From a virus (Duplodnaviria; Caudoviricetes): a stretch of 64,000 nucleotides of DNA. The translations under genes and the position numbers were made by a program. The notes under the pieces are model-generated. The model was not told the DNA's origin. It saw only the letters and a program-made list of their open reading frames with translations, and did no database searches. Shown here one piece after another: positions 48,068-57,086 of the stretch (the stretch's first letter is position 1; each line of letters starts with the position of its first letter). The DNA is taken from IMG/VR virus record IMGVR_UViG_3300006620_000007, one strand, 5' to 3'.

Positions 48068-48790
48068 TTAGTAGTAAACTACGTAAACTAAGCCTCCTGC
48101 TCCTGGTGAACCACAACAACAAACTTCGCCGTATGCTTGTGCAGACATACCGCCGCCACCTGGAAATAATCCAAAGCCTTGCGATCCGCCCCAACCACAA
48201 CATCCGTTTGGTCCGTTTCTAAATCCGCCTCTACCATATGAATCAGCAACCATCATGTTACCTCTATCATGGCAGTATTGACTTAATTGTGAAGTAGATT
48301 GTGTAGCACCAATACCAAAGTCCATTCCTGAGTGTCCATGTCTACAGTATCTCATTCTACAACATGAATAACATGTTCTGTACATGAAACATTCTGTACG
48401 CATAACTCTTCCTCCACATGCTCTTGCACACCATTGACCGTCTCTACATACATATGAATCACAACCTTGTTGACAGTTTCCTTTTTGTCTACAGCAAGTT
48501 GAACCTGCCGCACAAATTGTTAATTGATCTCCTGGAGCCACCTCAGAAGCCTTTTGACCATAACTTCCACCAGTTGATGGATATCCCATTTGGCAACAGC
48601 AACCACCGTCACCAGCCGCGCCACCGCCCCATATTTCAAAAGTTGCATATGAAACGCCTGCCGGTACAGTCCACAAACAACATCTTCCGCCGTTGTTTGG
48701 AGAAGTAGTACTTGTGTTATAGACTGCAAGTTCCTGTGGAACCGCTTTGGCCTCTTCATAACCGAATAAAAAATCTCTTAATGTTGACAT
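48068..48790 (-). CDS. Cys/Gly-rich tail-tip (adhesin-like) protein, paralog 1
   Basis: NGGRCCLWTVP..TFEIWGGG...CCC...FPGGGG...G.GGLV; 24 Cys in 240 aa. Confidence 0.7.
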   Translation of the reverse strand: MSTLRDFLFGYEEAKAVPQELAVYNTSTTSPNNGGRCCLWTVPAGVSYATFEIWGGGAAGDGGCCCQMGYPSTGGSYGQKASEVAPGDQLTICAAGSTCCRQKGNCQQGCDSYVCRDGQWCARACGGRVMRTECFMYRTCYSCCRMRYCRHGHSGMDFGIGATQSTSQLSQYCHDRGNMMVADSYGRGGFRNGPNGCCGWGGSQGFGLFPGGGGMSAQAYGEVCCCGSPGAGGLVYVVYY

Positions 48791-48805
48791 ACTACTATTT
48801 ACTCC

Positions 48806-49546
48806 TTATGTTGCAGTGTAGTAAACTGTTACTAATCCGCCCATTCCTTTCGCTCCGCAATAACATGTTTCGTTATGTGTTACACCTGAAGCGCCACCGC
48901 CCCCTGGGAACACGCCATGATCACCTTGACTTTGTCCATGTGTTTTATAACAGCCTGAACGTGACATTCTTGTAACTCCTGTAAATGGTGCACTTGGCAT
49001 AAACTGGTGCATGTCTGATGCACAGTGAGCTGAGCCATGTCCGCCACCTGTTGTACCACACATTGCCAATGTAGCACCGTTAACACAACCGCAATTAAAC
49101 ATTTGACATCCACTGTATGAACAGTTTTGACTCCAAAAACATTTTGAAGCCGCTTCTGATCCACCTGATGAACACATACAAAAACCACTTGGTCCACATA
49201 CGTAACTTGGAAATCCTCTACAACTGTAACATCTTGAGTGACAGCATGTACTACCACCTGCACAAATTGTAAATGTTTCGCTTGGCGCTACTGTAATAAT
49301 TCGTCTACCATAAGAACCTGATCCACCTGACCAACCTTGTTGGCAACAGCACACTCCAGCACCTGGACCACCGCCACCCCAAACTTCAAAAGCCGCCCAT
49401 TCAGCACCTGCTGGTACTGTCCATTGGCAACATTTACCACCGTTGTTTTGATCGGTAACGTTTGTAGCGTATACTCTTAATGAAGTTAATGGAGCAGATG
49501 CTCCTGAAGATGTTCCGTATTGTAATAAGGTTCTTAAACTTGACAT
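48806..49546 (-). CDS. Cys/Gly-rich tail-tip protein, paralog 2
   Basis: Same scaffold; 23 Cys in 246 aa. Confidence 0.7.
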   Translation of the reverse strand: MSSLRTLLQYGTSSGASAPLTSLRVYATNVTDQNNGGKCCQWTVPAGAEWAAFEVWGGGGPGAGVCCCQQGWSGGSGSYGRRIITVAPSETFTICAGGSTCCHSRCYSCRGFPSYVCGPSGFCMCSSGGSEAASKCFWSQNCSYSGCQMFNCGCVNGATLAMCGTTGGGHGSAHCASDMHQFMPSAPFTGVTRMSRSGCYKTHGQSQGDHGVFPGGGGASGVTHNETCYCGAKGMGGLVTVYYTAT

Positions 49547-49547
49547 A

Positions 49548-50252
49548 TTATTCGTCGTCCTCTACTGATGCAATATCTGCGCCTGGTTCTACTGGAAAGT
49601 TTACCATATGTGCTGGAAACTCATCTGCTTCGCCATGTTTGAATAATGCTGGTAAATCACGTAATTTTTGTCTGTAATCTGTCCAAAGTGCTTTAGTAGC
49701 CGCTGGCATATCATCAGCAATCTTACTGTCTGATCCTGCTAACATATTGTTTCTTACAATAATTAACTGATCCCATGATGTCCAAGGTTGTTTCCATTTC
49801 ATAGTCCATGTACCGCCAGTATATTTTCCGTCAGTTAATGTACCATCTTGATTGTAAACACACTCGTCTAATTCGTATGTATGATCAACATCAGTTGGGT
49901 CTGGTCTTTCGTATGTAGTACCATCTGGTAAGTCTACAACAATGTTTGTTTGACCAACTACTGTATCCCACTCTGTTTGTGCATCAAACAATGAACAAAT
50001 TACTGGATCAGCATTGCAGTCTACTTCAACTTTATATTGATCTTCTGGTACAGGAAAATCTGCACCGTTTTCTTCTTCTGTTAAAACAAGACGTGATGTA
50101 TCACTACGCCCTGTATCTTTATCTATAAAAATCCAAATCTTGTCCGGCCCGTTGTACTTTGCATTTGCGGTGTTGCCGTCTGCATTTGTTTGGGCAAGAT
50201 AGTCATCTGGAAGATTATAACTAAAGTCTTTTTGTATAATTGTATTTGGCAT
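49548..50252 (-). CDS. Tail fibre assembly chaperone-like protein
   Basis: W.QL...RN.ML..SD....DMP......W..YRQKLRDLP. Confidence 0.7.
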   Translation of the reverse strand: MPNTIIQKDFSYNLPDDYLAQTNADGNTANAKYNGPDKIWIFIDKDTGRSDTSRLVLTEEENGADFPVPEDQYKVEVDCNADPVICSLFDAQTEWDTVVGQTNIVVDLPDGTTYERPDPTDVDHTYELDECVYNQDGTLTDGKYTGGTWTMKWKQPWTSWDQLIIVRNNMLAGSDSKIADDMPAATKALWTDYRQKLRDLPALFKHGEADEFPAHMVNFPVEPGADIASVEDDE

Positions 50253-50272
50253 TATATTTTCTCCATTATCCT

Positions 50273-51004
50273 TTAACTATAACTAACTTTTACCGCACCT
50301 GCTTGTCCCCAGCCGCCCCAGCAACATGGTTCTCCGCAAGCCGCTCCACCGCCGCCGCCTCCGCCTGGGAAAGCCGCTAAACAGTTGAAACATGAACCAG
50401 TGTTTGTAAAGTTACCCGCACACCAGTCTTTAGTTCTTCTTGACACACCAAAATGAGCAGGACCTGTTACAAAGTTCCACATTTGGTTATGACAATACTG
50501 ACTTCTTTTTGAACTTCCTGTAATTTGTGGAAGTCCCCAATCTCCTGTACCACACTGCCATACAAATGATGGGTGACAAGTGTATGCATCAGTAAAGCAA
50601 CATGCTTTACCTCCACAACCACCTGGTGCACAAGTTGTTGGAATACTTGAACCAGTAACAAAACTTGGATAGCCGTTTCCGCCTATACATCCGTGACAGC
50701 AACATACTGTTGAACCGCCTGCACAGATTGTATATTGACAGCCTGCCGTACTTTGAATTGTTCTGATTGCGTAAGACCCGCCTGCCGCCGGTCTATTAGG
50801 AAACTGACAACAGCAACCTCCATGGCCTCCGCCACCACCGCCCCATAACTCGAAAGTTATGTTAACTTTGTTTGCTGGTAAGGTCCAAAGACAACATCTA
50901 CCACCGTTACCGATGCCCGTATTATCATTCCATACCCAAAAGTTTCTGAGAACTCCTGCTTTCGCTGGTTCCACGTCTGAAAGAAAATTACGTAGTGTTG
51001 ACAT
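50273..51004 (-). CDS. Cys/Gly-rich tail-tip protein, paralog 3
   Basis: Same scaffold; 24 Cys in 243 aa. Confidence 0.7.
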   Translation of the reverse strand: MSTLRNFLSDVEPAKAGVLRNFWVWNDNTGIGNGGRCCLWTLPANKVNITFELWGGGGGGHGGCCCQFPNRPAAGGSYAIRTIQSTAGCQYTICAGGSTVCCCHGCIGGNGYPSFVTGSSIPTTCAPGGCGGKACCFTDAYTCHPSFVWQCGTGDWGLPQITGSSKRSQYCHNQMWNFVTGPAHFGVSRRTKDWCAGNFTNTGSCFNCLAAFPGGGGGGGAACGEPCCWGGWGQAGAVKVSYS

Positions 51005-51024
51005 GTTATTCTTTTCCTATTATC

Positions 51025-51351
51025 TTACGTTCCACTAATAATCCAGCCGTAAGTTGCACCTGTGTAAACAAGTGTTACTGCCGCATTATTAATATCTAAT
51101 GTTAAATCTTCGCTTAAATTCTGGATTTTCGCGCCGTTACGTCCTACAGTTAAGTTTGAGTTTGCAAACGCTCCTGTTACGTCAACAATCTGAACTGTAT
51201 CGTTTTCTAACAAACTTGTGCTAAGAGGTAGAGTTACCGTAAAGCCTCCACCTGTACATAGAATTCTGTCATTAACTTCAGCATTGTATGTCGTACTAAC
51301 GGTTCTGAGTACAGTACCAGCGGTTCCAGTTGTAGTTATGTATCTTCCCAT
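51025..51351 (-). CDS. Small fibre/baseplate adaptor protein
   Basis: FTVTLP....D.V.IVD..G.F..NLTV.RNG.KI...EDL.LD....TLVY....GW, a common phage tail module. Confidence 0.65.
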   Translation of the reverse strand: MGRYITTTGTAGTVLRTVSTTYNAEVNDRILCTGGGFTVTLPLSTSLLENDTVQIVDVTGAFANSNLTVGRNGAKIQNLSEDLTLDINNAAVTLVYTGATYGWIISGT

Positions 51352-51373
51352 TGTTTTATCCTTCTATATGTAT

Positions 51374-51691
51374 TTATGCCGCAGTCTCAATACCGAACGC
51401 GACTGCACTAACATTTCCTGAACTTGATCTAACGACCAACTTCTTCCCTGCGTCCATTACTATCCCCGATCTCTCAAGTACACCGTGTGCCAAGACTTCC
51501 GTCTCCCACTCTATATACTCTGCGCCTGTTGGGGTATCAGCCGCCGCAACTGCCATTTGCACACCAATTGCTTGATTTCCTCTATTACACACCGAACACG
51601 TTACAACTGCATAGTTGTCAGTTGGCACAGTATATACGGTAGTGTTAGTTCCAGCGACCAAATCGCTCGCTCCTAATCTTCCTGTTGCCAT
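51374..51691 (-). CDS. Small virion structural protein
   Basis: TTVYTVP...VCNR...YIE...LERSGIV...KLVVRSS...AFGIE. Confidence 0.6.
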   Translation of the reverse strand: MATGRLGASDLVAGTNTTVYTVPTDNYAVVTCSVCNRGNQAIGVQMAVAAADTPTGAEYIEWETEVLAHGVLERSGIVMDAGKKLVVRSSSGNVSAVAFGIETAA

Positions 51692-51704
51692 GGTTTAATC
51701 TCCT

Positions 51705-54700
51705 TTATCCCATCAAAAACATATTTAGCGCCACAGGTGCACCATCAACTCCACCTTGGAAATTGAATTGTGCTTTTACGTTAATCGGAACTACTGTGGT
51801 TGTAGTGATTTCCTGTCCGGAAATTTGTACAAGACCTGCAATAATTTGGTTAACGTTAAGAGTGGATGCACCACCACCAATCTGTGACGTGATATATGTT
51901 CTAATTGCTCTTTGTGTTGGTACAATACTGTCGCTGTTTGCGGCAAATGTACCATCGGTGCTAAATTCGTTGACTGTTGCGCCTGTGTTACCAAGTGCAA
52001 TGTTACCCAATGACAGTTCTTGCAATCCACTAATGTTAAATGCATCAGCGTTAAGTGTCGCAACACCTGTTGACTGTTCAACGTTAAACAGTCCACCTAC
52101 TCTAAAGTTACCATCTTGGTCTGTTGACGTAAAGAATACTCTTCCGCCACCGCCCTCAACGGCTTCACTTGCTGGAACTGGGTCCTGCAATGGTAAGTTT
52201 GGATAATTTGTTGTAGTAAAGTTACCTGTACCAATGTCTAAGAAGTCATGTCCTGTTAGACGTACTTGTGAGTATCTTAATCTAATCTCTGAACTTTCTG
52301 TATGCACTGGTGCATCATCTACTGGAATGTCTGGACTTACTTGCAACTGTGCAGTAAATGGTCCATCTGATCCGCCTAATAAATTTGTAACAGCAACAAG
52401 TTTGTAAAACACTGTTGGCTGATTTGAAAACACAACGTTTGAACCTGCTCTTGGTGTTGTTTTTAATCCTGATACCTGTACAAACTTACCACTTTGTAAG
52501 TTGTCCATAAATCCACCACCATATGTTACTTTACCACCGGTAGTGTATGTACCTTGTGTTGTTGTATCAATTGTGTCTGTTAAGTTAGGATCTGAGTAAA
52601 GATCAAAATTGTCTGCATCAATAACTTTTACATAGAAAGTTGTTGGATCAAATAATCTAATCATTCCTAATACTTCTTTGATGTTTACTTTAGTTCCATC
52701 TAATGTAATACCATGTGCTGTTGCTGTAACTCTACATGGATTAGATTTAGCAACACCTGTAATATTCTTCTCAATTTTTGTTGCAGTAACAAGTGCAGTT
52801 GCAGTATCAAAGCCGTCACCTCTACCTCCGTTAGTTGCACCAGCAAACGTTGGCTGACCTAATACACCGTCACCAACTCTAATTTCAAATGGTGCTTCAA
52901 TAGTATTGTTTGGATCAGTAATTGTCATTGTTACTGAACTGTCATAACCTTGTCCTGGCTCAATAATTCTAACCTGATTAATTTTTCCGTCTTGTACTCT
53001 ACATCTACCAATTGCTTGTACACTTGTACTTGAACCGTCACCAGTTGGTGTACTAAAAGTTAGTCTTGGTTCAATTTCATAAGTTGTTGTACTGTCAAGT
53101 AATGGTACAATCGCTTCACCAATGATGTTATCCCAACCTGGAGTACCATCACTGTATTTTCTTACAGTTGCAACTTTTGTACCTGCATTGTAAGTGTCGA
53201 TGTAAGCATATTGTCCTGTACCTAATCCTGATACAATCCAAATAGCCATTCCAGCAAGTTCACCTGATGTATTTGTATCCGTGTTTGAAATTGTAATCTG
53301 TGTTGTGTTACCAATCTGTGCCGCGTTACCTGCTGTGTTATAATCCTTACCACCGAAGTTATCACTTGTATTAAGTAATCTTACTTCCATGATTCCGGCT
53401 GTTCTGTATGTTGGTGTTACAGTTCCTAAACCAAAACCGTCGCCAGTAATAGTAATGACTGCATTACCGCCGTTAGTATCATAATCTCTACCAGCATTTA
53501 AATACTCCACTGCTATGACTCTTGATGCATCAGTCATTACCTGAGCAATCTGAGCCTGTTTATCTTTGTTATCTGTGTATGCAATGATAGGTGTTTCTGT
53601 TGCGTCAACACCTTCTGCAACTGTACCAAATGTACCATATGAACTGTTACCGTTCGTAGCACGTATCTTACCGCCGTTCTCTGCAAGGTATCCAATGTGT
53701 CCGTAGTATGAGAACACGGAAACAAGTTCTGTTCTACCTAAGTTTGTACACCATACACCAATACCATCTGATAGTACCTGTGTAAAGTCGTTAGCAACGA
53801 TAGAATCGTTACCACCTGCGTGTAAGTCACCGTCAATTTTTAATCCTACACAACCTGTACCAAAGTTTGTTACGTTTTGTACATAACAAGATTTGTTAAT
53901 AATCCAAACATCTTTGTGTGCAGTACCCCAACCTGGATCCAACGATACATAAGCACCAGCACTTGGACGTTTAGTTCCATAAGTGTTTACTGAACCAAGT
54001 ACACCACTTAATCCAGTTAGTGTCATGTTTCTAATACCTGTACCATTACGTACATAGTACATGTCATTTAGTGTTGAACCGTTTGCAGAGTTAATATATA
54101 ATTCTGCGGCTCTTAAACCTTTGTAGTTTCCTGTGTAAATTATGTCATGTTGTATTGCTTCAATGTAACGTCTAACATCACGTTTACAAGAATTTTTAAG
54201 TGCAGTTGTAAAAGAGTAAGCAGGATAATCAATTGAAATCTTACTAACTACTTCTTCAACTAAGAATTCTTTGTTTGCTTCAAGTCTAATAACTGCGTCA
54301 GTGTAACCTGCTGTCTTAACAGGATCGTTAACACCTGCAAAAGCAACATCTGAACCGTTTGCATTTAATACAAAGTCAATTTTATTTTTTATCGCTGTAG
54401 CAACTGCCGCCGCTGATGCTCCAGCCGCCGCCGAACCTGCCGGTACTGCTGTGTCTTGTGCTTTAACTGCTGGATATACTTTAGTACCTAATGAACAAGT
54501 CCAAGTAATGTTAGCAACTTGTACAACGTCAGTTGCCACTGCACCGTGTGCCGCGTCTGTTGTTATTGATACTATACCTGTAACATTATCGTAAGCGGCC
54601 GCTGTAACGTTTACAGTAGTTCCGCTAAATGTAACTGTACCTCCACTTGTATAAGTGTGAGCATAACTGTTTGCACCTGTCATTATATCTAAAGTAGTTG

Positions 54701-57047
54701 CTGATGCATTAGATGCAAGTACAACAAAACTATTTTGCGTACTTGTTACTGCTGAGTTTGTAATAACATCATCTACAATGCTTGCCAAGTGTGTAAGTCC
54801 TGCTAATGAATAAACACTATCGCCTGAATTTGTTAACTGTCCTGCTGGTGAAACTTTAGTTGAACGTAGTTCGTCACCAACCACAGCACAACCTTCTGGT
54901 ACAACCATTGGAAGTACTTCGTTAAATTGACCTGTCTTAACAAAAAGTGTGTCGTTTGCAATTAATTGTGCTGGGACACCAGTTGTGTTACCTGCGGTCA
55001 AAGCCGCTGTAGCAATAGCTCTAAGAGCGTTTAAGATGCCTTGTGCTTCAGGTTCTTCAACTCTTGTAGAATCTGTTACACGTAAAGTTGGAGTAGCAAC
55101 ACTTCTTAATGCTTGGTAATCGTTTGATGGTGCATCTTGTGTAATTACATCGTCAAGTAATTCTGTAACGAATGTAAGTGTTGCCGCAAATTCAGCAGTG
55201 ATACCATCATTACTTACATAGTATTGATCTGCCGCACTGTCAAAATATGCAAGTGTTTCTAATCTTGTTTTCTTATTACCACCATGTGATAAATCCCAAA
55301 TAAGTGCATCAACAAATGTACCTATGTCTCTACGCCAGTTAGCCGCAGTGTATGTAAATGAACCTGTGAAAGGAGCAATTGATCCAACAATCTGTGTATC
55401 AACCCAACTTAACACTTCATCTTGAATGAATGCTTTGTTAATTTTTATTAATTGTGTTGCGTTAGGTTTTCTTGCACCTTTTTCAATTTGCTGTAAACCA
55501 AATTGTACAGTTCTAAAAGGTTTGTCAAGTGTAACACCTGCCGCTGGAACATCACTATCAACTCCATCAAGTGCAGTATAATAAACTGCATCAAGTTGAC
55601 CAAAGAATGACCATTCTGGATCTGTTCCCGATTCGTTAACTTTTAATACTTGTCCTGGTTGACCAACTGGTAATCTTGTTGGACCTGATCCACCATAGTA
55701 AACAAGGTCACCACGTGTAGTTAAGTTACCTGCTTCAGCACCACCGTTTAATAAATTCCAAAAGTTTCCTGCTGTGTCTTGGTCTGGTCTATTTTGTCCT
55801 GCACCAACTTGCTCTGAAGTGTGTGGAGCAACACAAACATATGAGTTAACATCGTTAATACCTCTAACAACATCACCTTTGTCATAGTAAACTGCATTAG
55901 TCCATGCACCTTTCCAGTATAAACCTTCATTAAGTTTATCCCAGTATACGTTGTCTGGTGGTCTGTTACCTGTACCATCTGCAAGTGCAATAAATGTCCA
56001 ACCTCCAAGTCTAACTACATCGCCGATCTTATAAGCCGTTGCGTTATTGTAATCACCCTTGAAAGAAAATCCTGTTGTAAATAAATCCCAATCACTTGCG
56101 TTGTTGTATGGAATAATATTAAAGTTGTTTGTTTTTGAAACATAAGTGTAACCACCATAAGTAACAACGTCACCTGGTTGGAAGTTTACATTGTTCTGCC
56201 AACTGTCTTCAAATTCTAATCCTGGAATAAAGATAGACCATTTTGCTTCGTCAGCCGCAAGTGTTGCACCTGCTGTGTGGAACGTTCCACAAATCCATAA
56301 GTCTGAACCATACTTAACAACATCATTGTTTTTGTATCTTGTTCCTGTAGTCCAATCACCTAAGTATTCAATACCTTTGTGTAAGTAATCCCACTTGGCT
56401 TGATCTGCTTCAAGTCCTGCTGTATTGTCAGCGCCTGCTGTATGTCCAGTGTTACAAACATAAACTTGTCCACCGTAACGTACAACGTCACCTTTCTTAT
56501 ATCTTGTTGTTGCAATCCAAGCGTTTAACCAAGTTAAACCATTTGCAAATAAATCCCATTTAGATTGATCTAATTCTAATCCGTCACCTACTGTTGCGCC
56601 AGATGTGTGTGCTTCTGTACACAAGTACATAACGCCACCATAACGAACAATGTCATTAACTTTATATCTTGTTGAAACACCCCAATCACCTAACCAGTCA
56701 AATCCTTCACAGAATAAATCCCATTTAGATTGATCTAATTCTAAGCCATCTGATGTAGTTGTTGCAGAAGTATGACCTGTGTTTGCAACATATAGGTACC
56801 CGCCGTACTTAACAATGTCATTAGGTTTGTAAACTGTTGATAATGCCCAGTTACCTTTCCACTCAGTACCATCTGCCATCTTGTCAAAGTTAGCAATATC
56901 TGAGTCGAAGTTAGAACTTGTGTGGCCAGTATTAACAATATATGTACGACCACCGTAGCGGACTACATCGTCTTTAAAGTATTCTTTGGCTGAGATCCAA
57001 GATCCCTTCCAAATAAACCTAATTCTACCTAATTTAAACTCTGCCAT
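51705..57047 (-). CDS. Giant tail fibre/spike protein (1780 aa) with carbohydrate-binding-like repeats and pectin-lyase-like region
   Basis: About 8 N-terminal W....Y...D.V.YGG..Y.C...H repeats; VGDELRST and IVANDFTQ beta-helix motifs; C-terminal EFSTD..F.ANS..IVPTQ.AI. Confidence 0.75.
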   Translation of the reverse strand: MAEFKLGRIRFIWKGSWISAKEYFKDDVVRYGGRTYIVNTGHTSSNFDSDIANFDKMADGTEWKGNWALSTVYKPNDIVKYGGYLYVANTGHTSATTTSDGLELDQSKWDLFCEGFDWLGDWGVSTRYKVNDIVRYGGVMYLCTEAHTSGATVGDGLELDQSKWDLFANGLTWLNAWIATTRYKKGDVVRYGGQVYVCNTGHTAGADNTAGLEADQAKWDYLHKGIEYLGDWTTGTRYKNNDVVKYGSDLWICGTFHTAGATLAADEAKWSIFIPGLEFEDSWQNNVNFQPGDVVTYGGYTYVSKTNNFNIIPYNNASDWDLFTTGFSFKGDYNNATAYKIGDVVRLGGWTFIALADGTGNRPPDNVYWDKLNEGLYWKGAWTNAVYYDKGDVVRGINDVNSYVCVAPHTSEQVGAGQNRPDQDTAGNFWNLLNGGAEAGNLTTRGDLVYYGGSGPTRLPVGQPGQVLKVNESGTDPEWSFFGQLDAVYYTALDGVDSDVPAAGVTLDKPFRTVQFGLQQIEKGARKPNATQLIKINKAFIQDEVLSWVDTQIVGSIAPFTGSFTYTAANWRRDIGTFVDALIWDLSHGGNKKTRLETLAYFDSAADQYYVSNDGITAEFAATLTFVTELLDDVITQDAPSNDYQALRSVATPTLRVTDSTRVEEPEAQGILNALRAIATAALTAGNTTGVPAQLIANDTLFVKTGQFNEVLPMVVPEGCAVVGDELRSTKVSPAGQLTNSGDSVYSLAGLTHLASIVDDVITNSAVTSTQNSFVVLASNASATTLDIMTGANSYAHTYTSGGTVTFSGTTVNVTAAAYDNVTGIVSITTDAAHGAVATDVVQVANITWTCSLGTKVYPAVKAQDTAVPAGSAAAGASAAAVATAIKNKIDFVLNANGSDVAFAGVNDPVKTAGYTDAVIRLEANKEFLVEEVVSKISIDYPAYSFTTALKNSCKRDVRRYIEAIQHDIIYTGNYKGLRAAELYINSANGSTLNDMYYVRNGTGIRNMTLTGLSGVLGSVNTYGTKRPSAGAYVSLDPGWGTAHKDVWIINKSCYVQNVTNFGTGCVGLKIDGDLHAGGNDSIVANDFTQVLSDGIGVWCTNLGRTELVSVFSYYGHIGYLAENGGKIRATNGNSSYGTFGTVAEGVDATETPIIAYTDNKDKQAQIAQVMTDASRVIAVEYLNAGRDYDTNGGNAVITITGDGFGLGTVTPTYRTAGIMEVRLLNTSDNFGGKDYNTAGNAAQIGNTTQITISNTDTNTSGELAGMAIWIVSGLGTGQYAYIDTYNAGTKVATVRKYSDGTPGWDNIIGEAIVPLLDSTTTYEIEPRLTFSTPTGDGSSTSVQAIGRCRVQDGKINQVRIIEPGQGYDSSVTMTITDPNNTIEAPFEIRVGDGVLGQPTFAGATNGGRGDGFDTATALVTATKIEKNITGVAKSNPCRVTATAHGITLDGTKVNIKEVLGMIRLFDPTTFYVKVIDADNFDLYSDPNLTDTIDTTTQGTYTTGGKVTYGGGFMDNLQSGKFVQVSGLKTTPRAGSNVVFSNQPTVFYKLVAVTNLLGGSDGPFTAQLQVSPDIPVDDAPVHTESSEIRLRYSQVRLTGHDFLDIGTGNFTTTNYPNLPLQDPVPASEAVEGGGGRVFFTSTDQDGNFRVGGLFNVEQSTGVATLNADAFNISGLQELSLGNIALGNTGATVNEFSTDGTFAANSDSIVPTQRAIRTYITSQIGGGASTLNVNQIIAGLVQISGQEITTTTVVPINVKAQFNFQGGVDGAPVALNMFLMG
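56548..56744. repeat. Exact 32-bp direct repeat, 165 bp (55 codons) apart
   Basis: AATAAATCCCATTTAGATTGATCTAATTCTAA at 56548-56579 and 56713-56744, encoding LELDQSKWDLF. Confidence 0.85.
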
Positions 57048-57086
57048 TGTTATTTCCTAACGTTACATTTGTATTTATCATATCTG

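Noticed and set aside
48068-51004. Possible diversity-generating retroelement acting on the tip paralogs
   Set aside because: No reverse transcriptase in the window and no near-identical TR/VR pair differing only at adenines; the paralogs are diverged throughout.
48068-51004. Cys-rich proteins as RiPP (sactipeptide/ranthipeptide) precursors for the radical SAMs
   Set aside because: They are ~240-aa adhesin-like proteins with chaperones, lie ~44 kb from the rSAM genes, and show no leader/core layout. Not strictly excluded, but unsupported.
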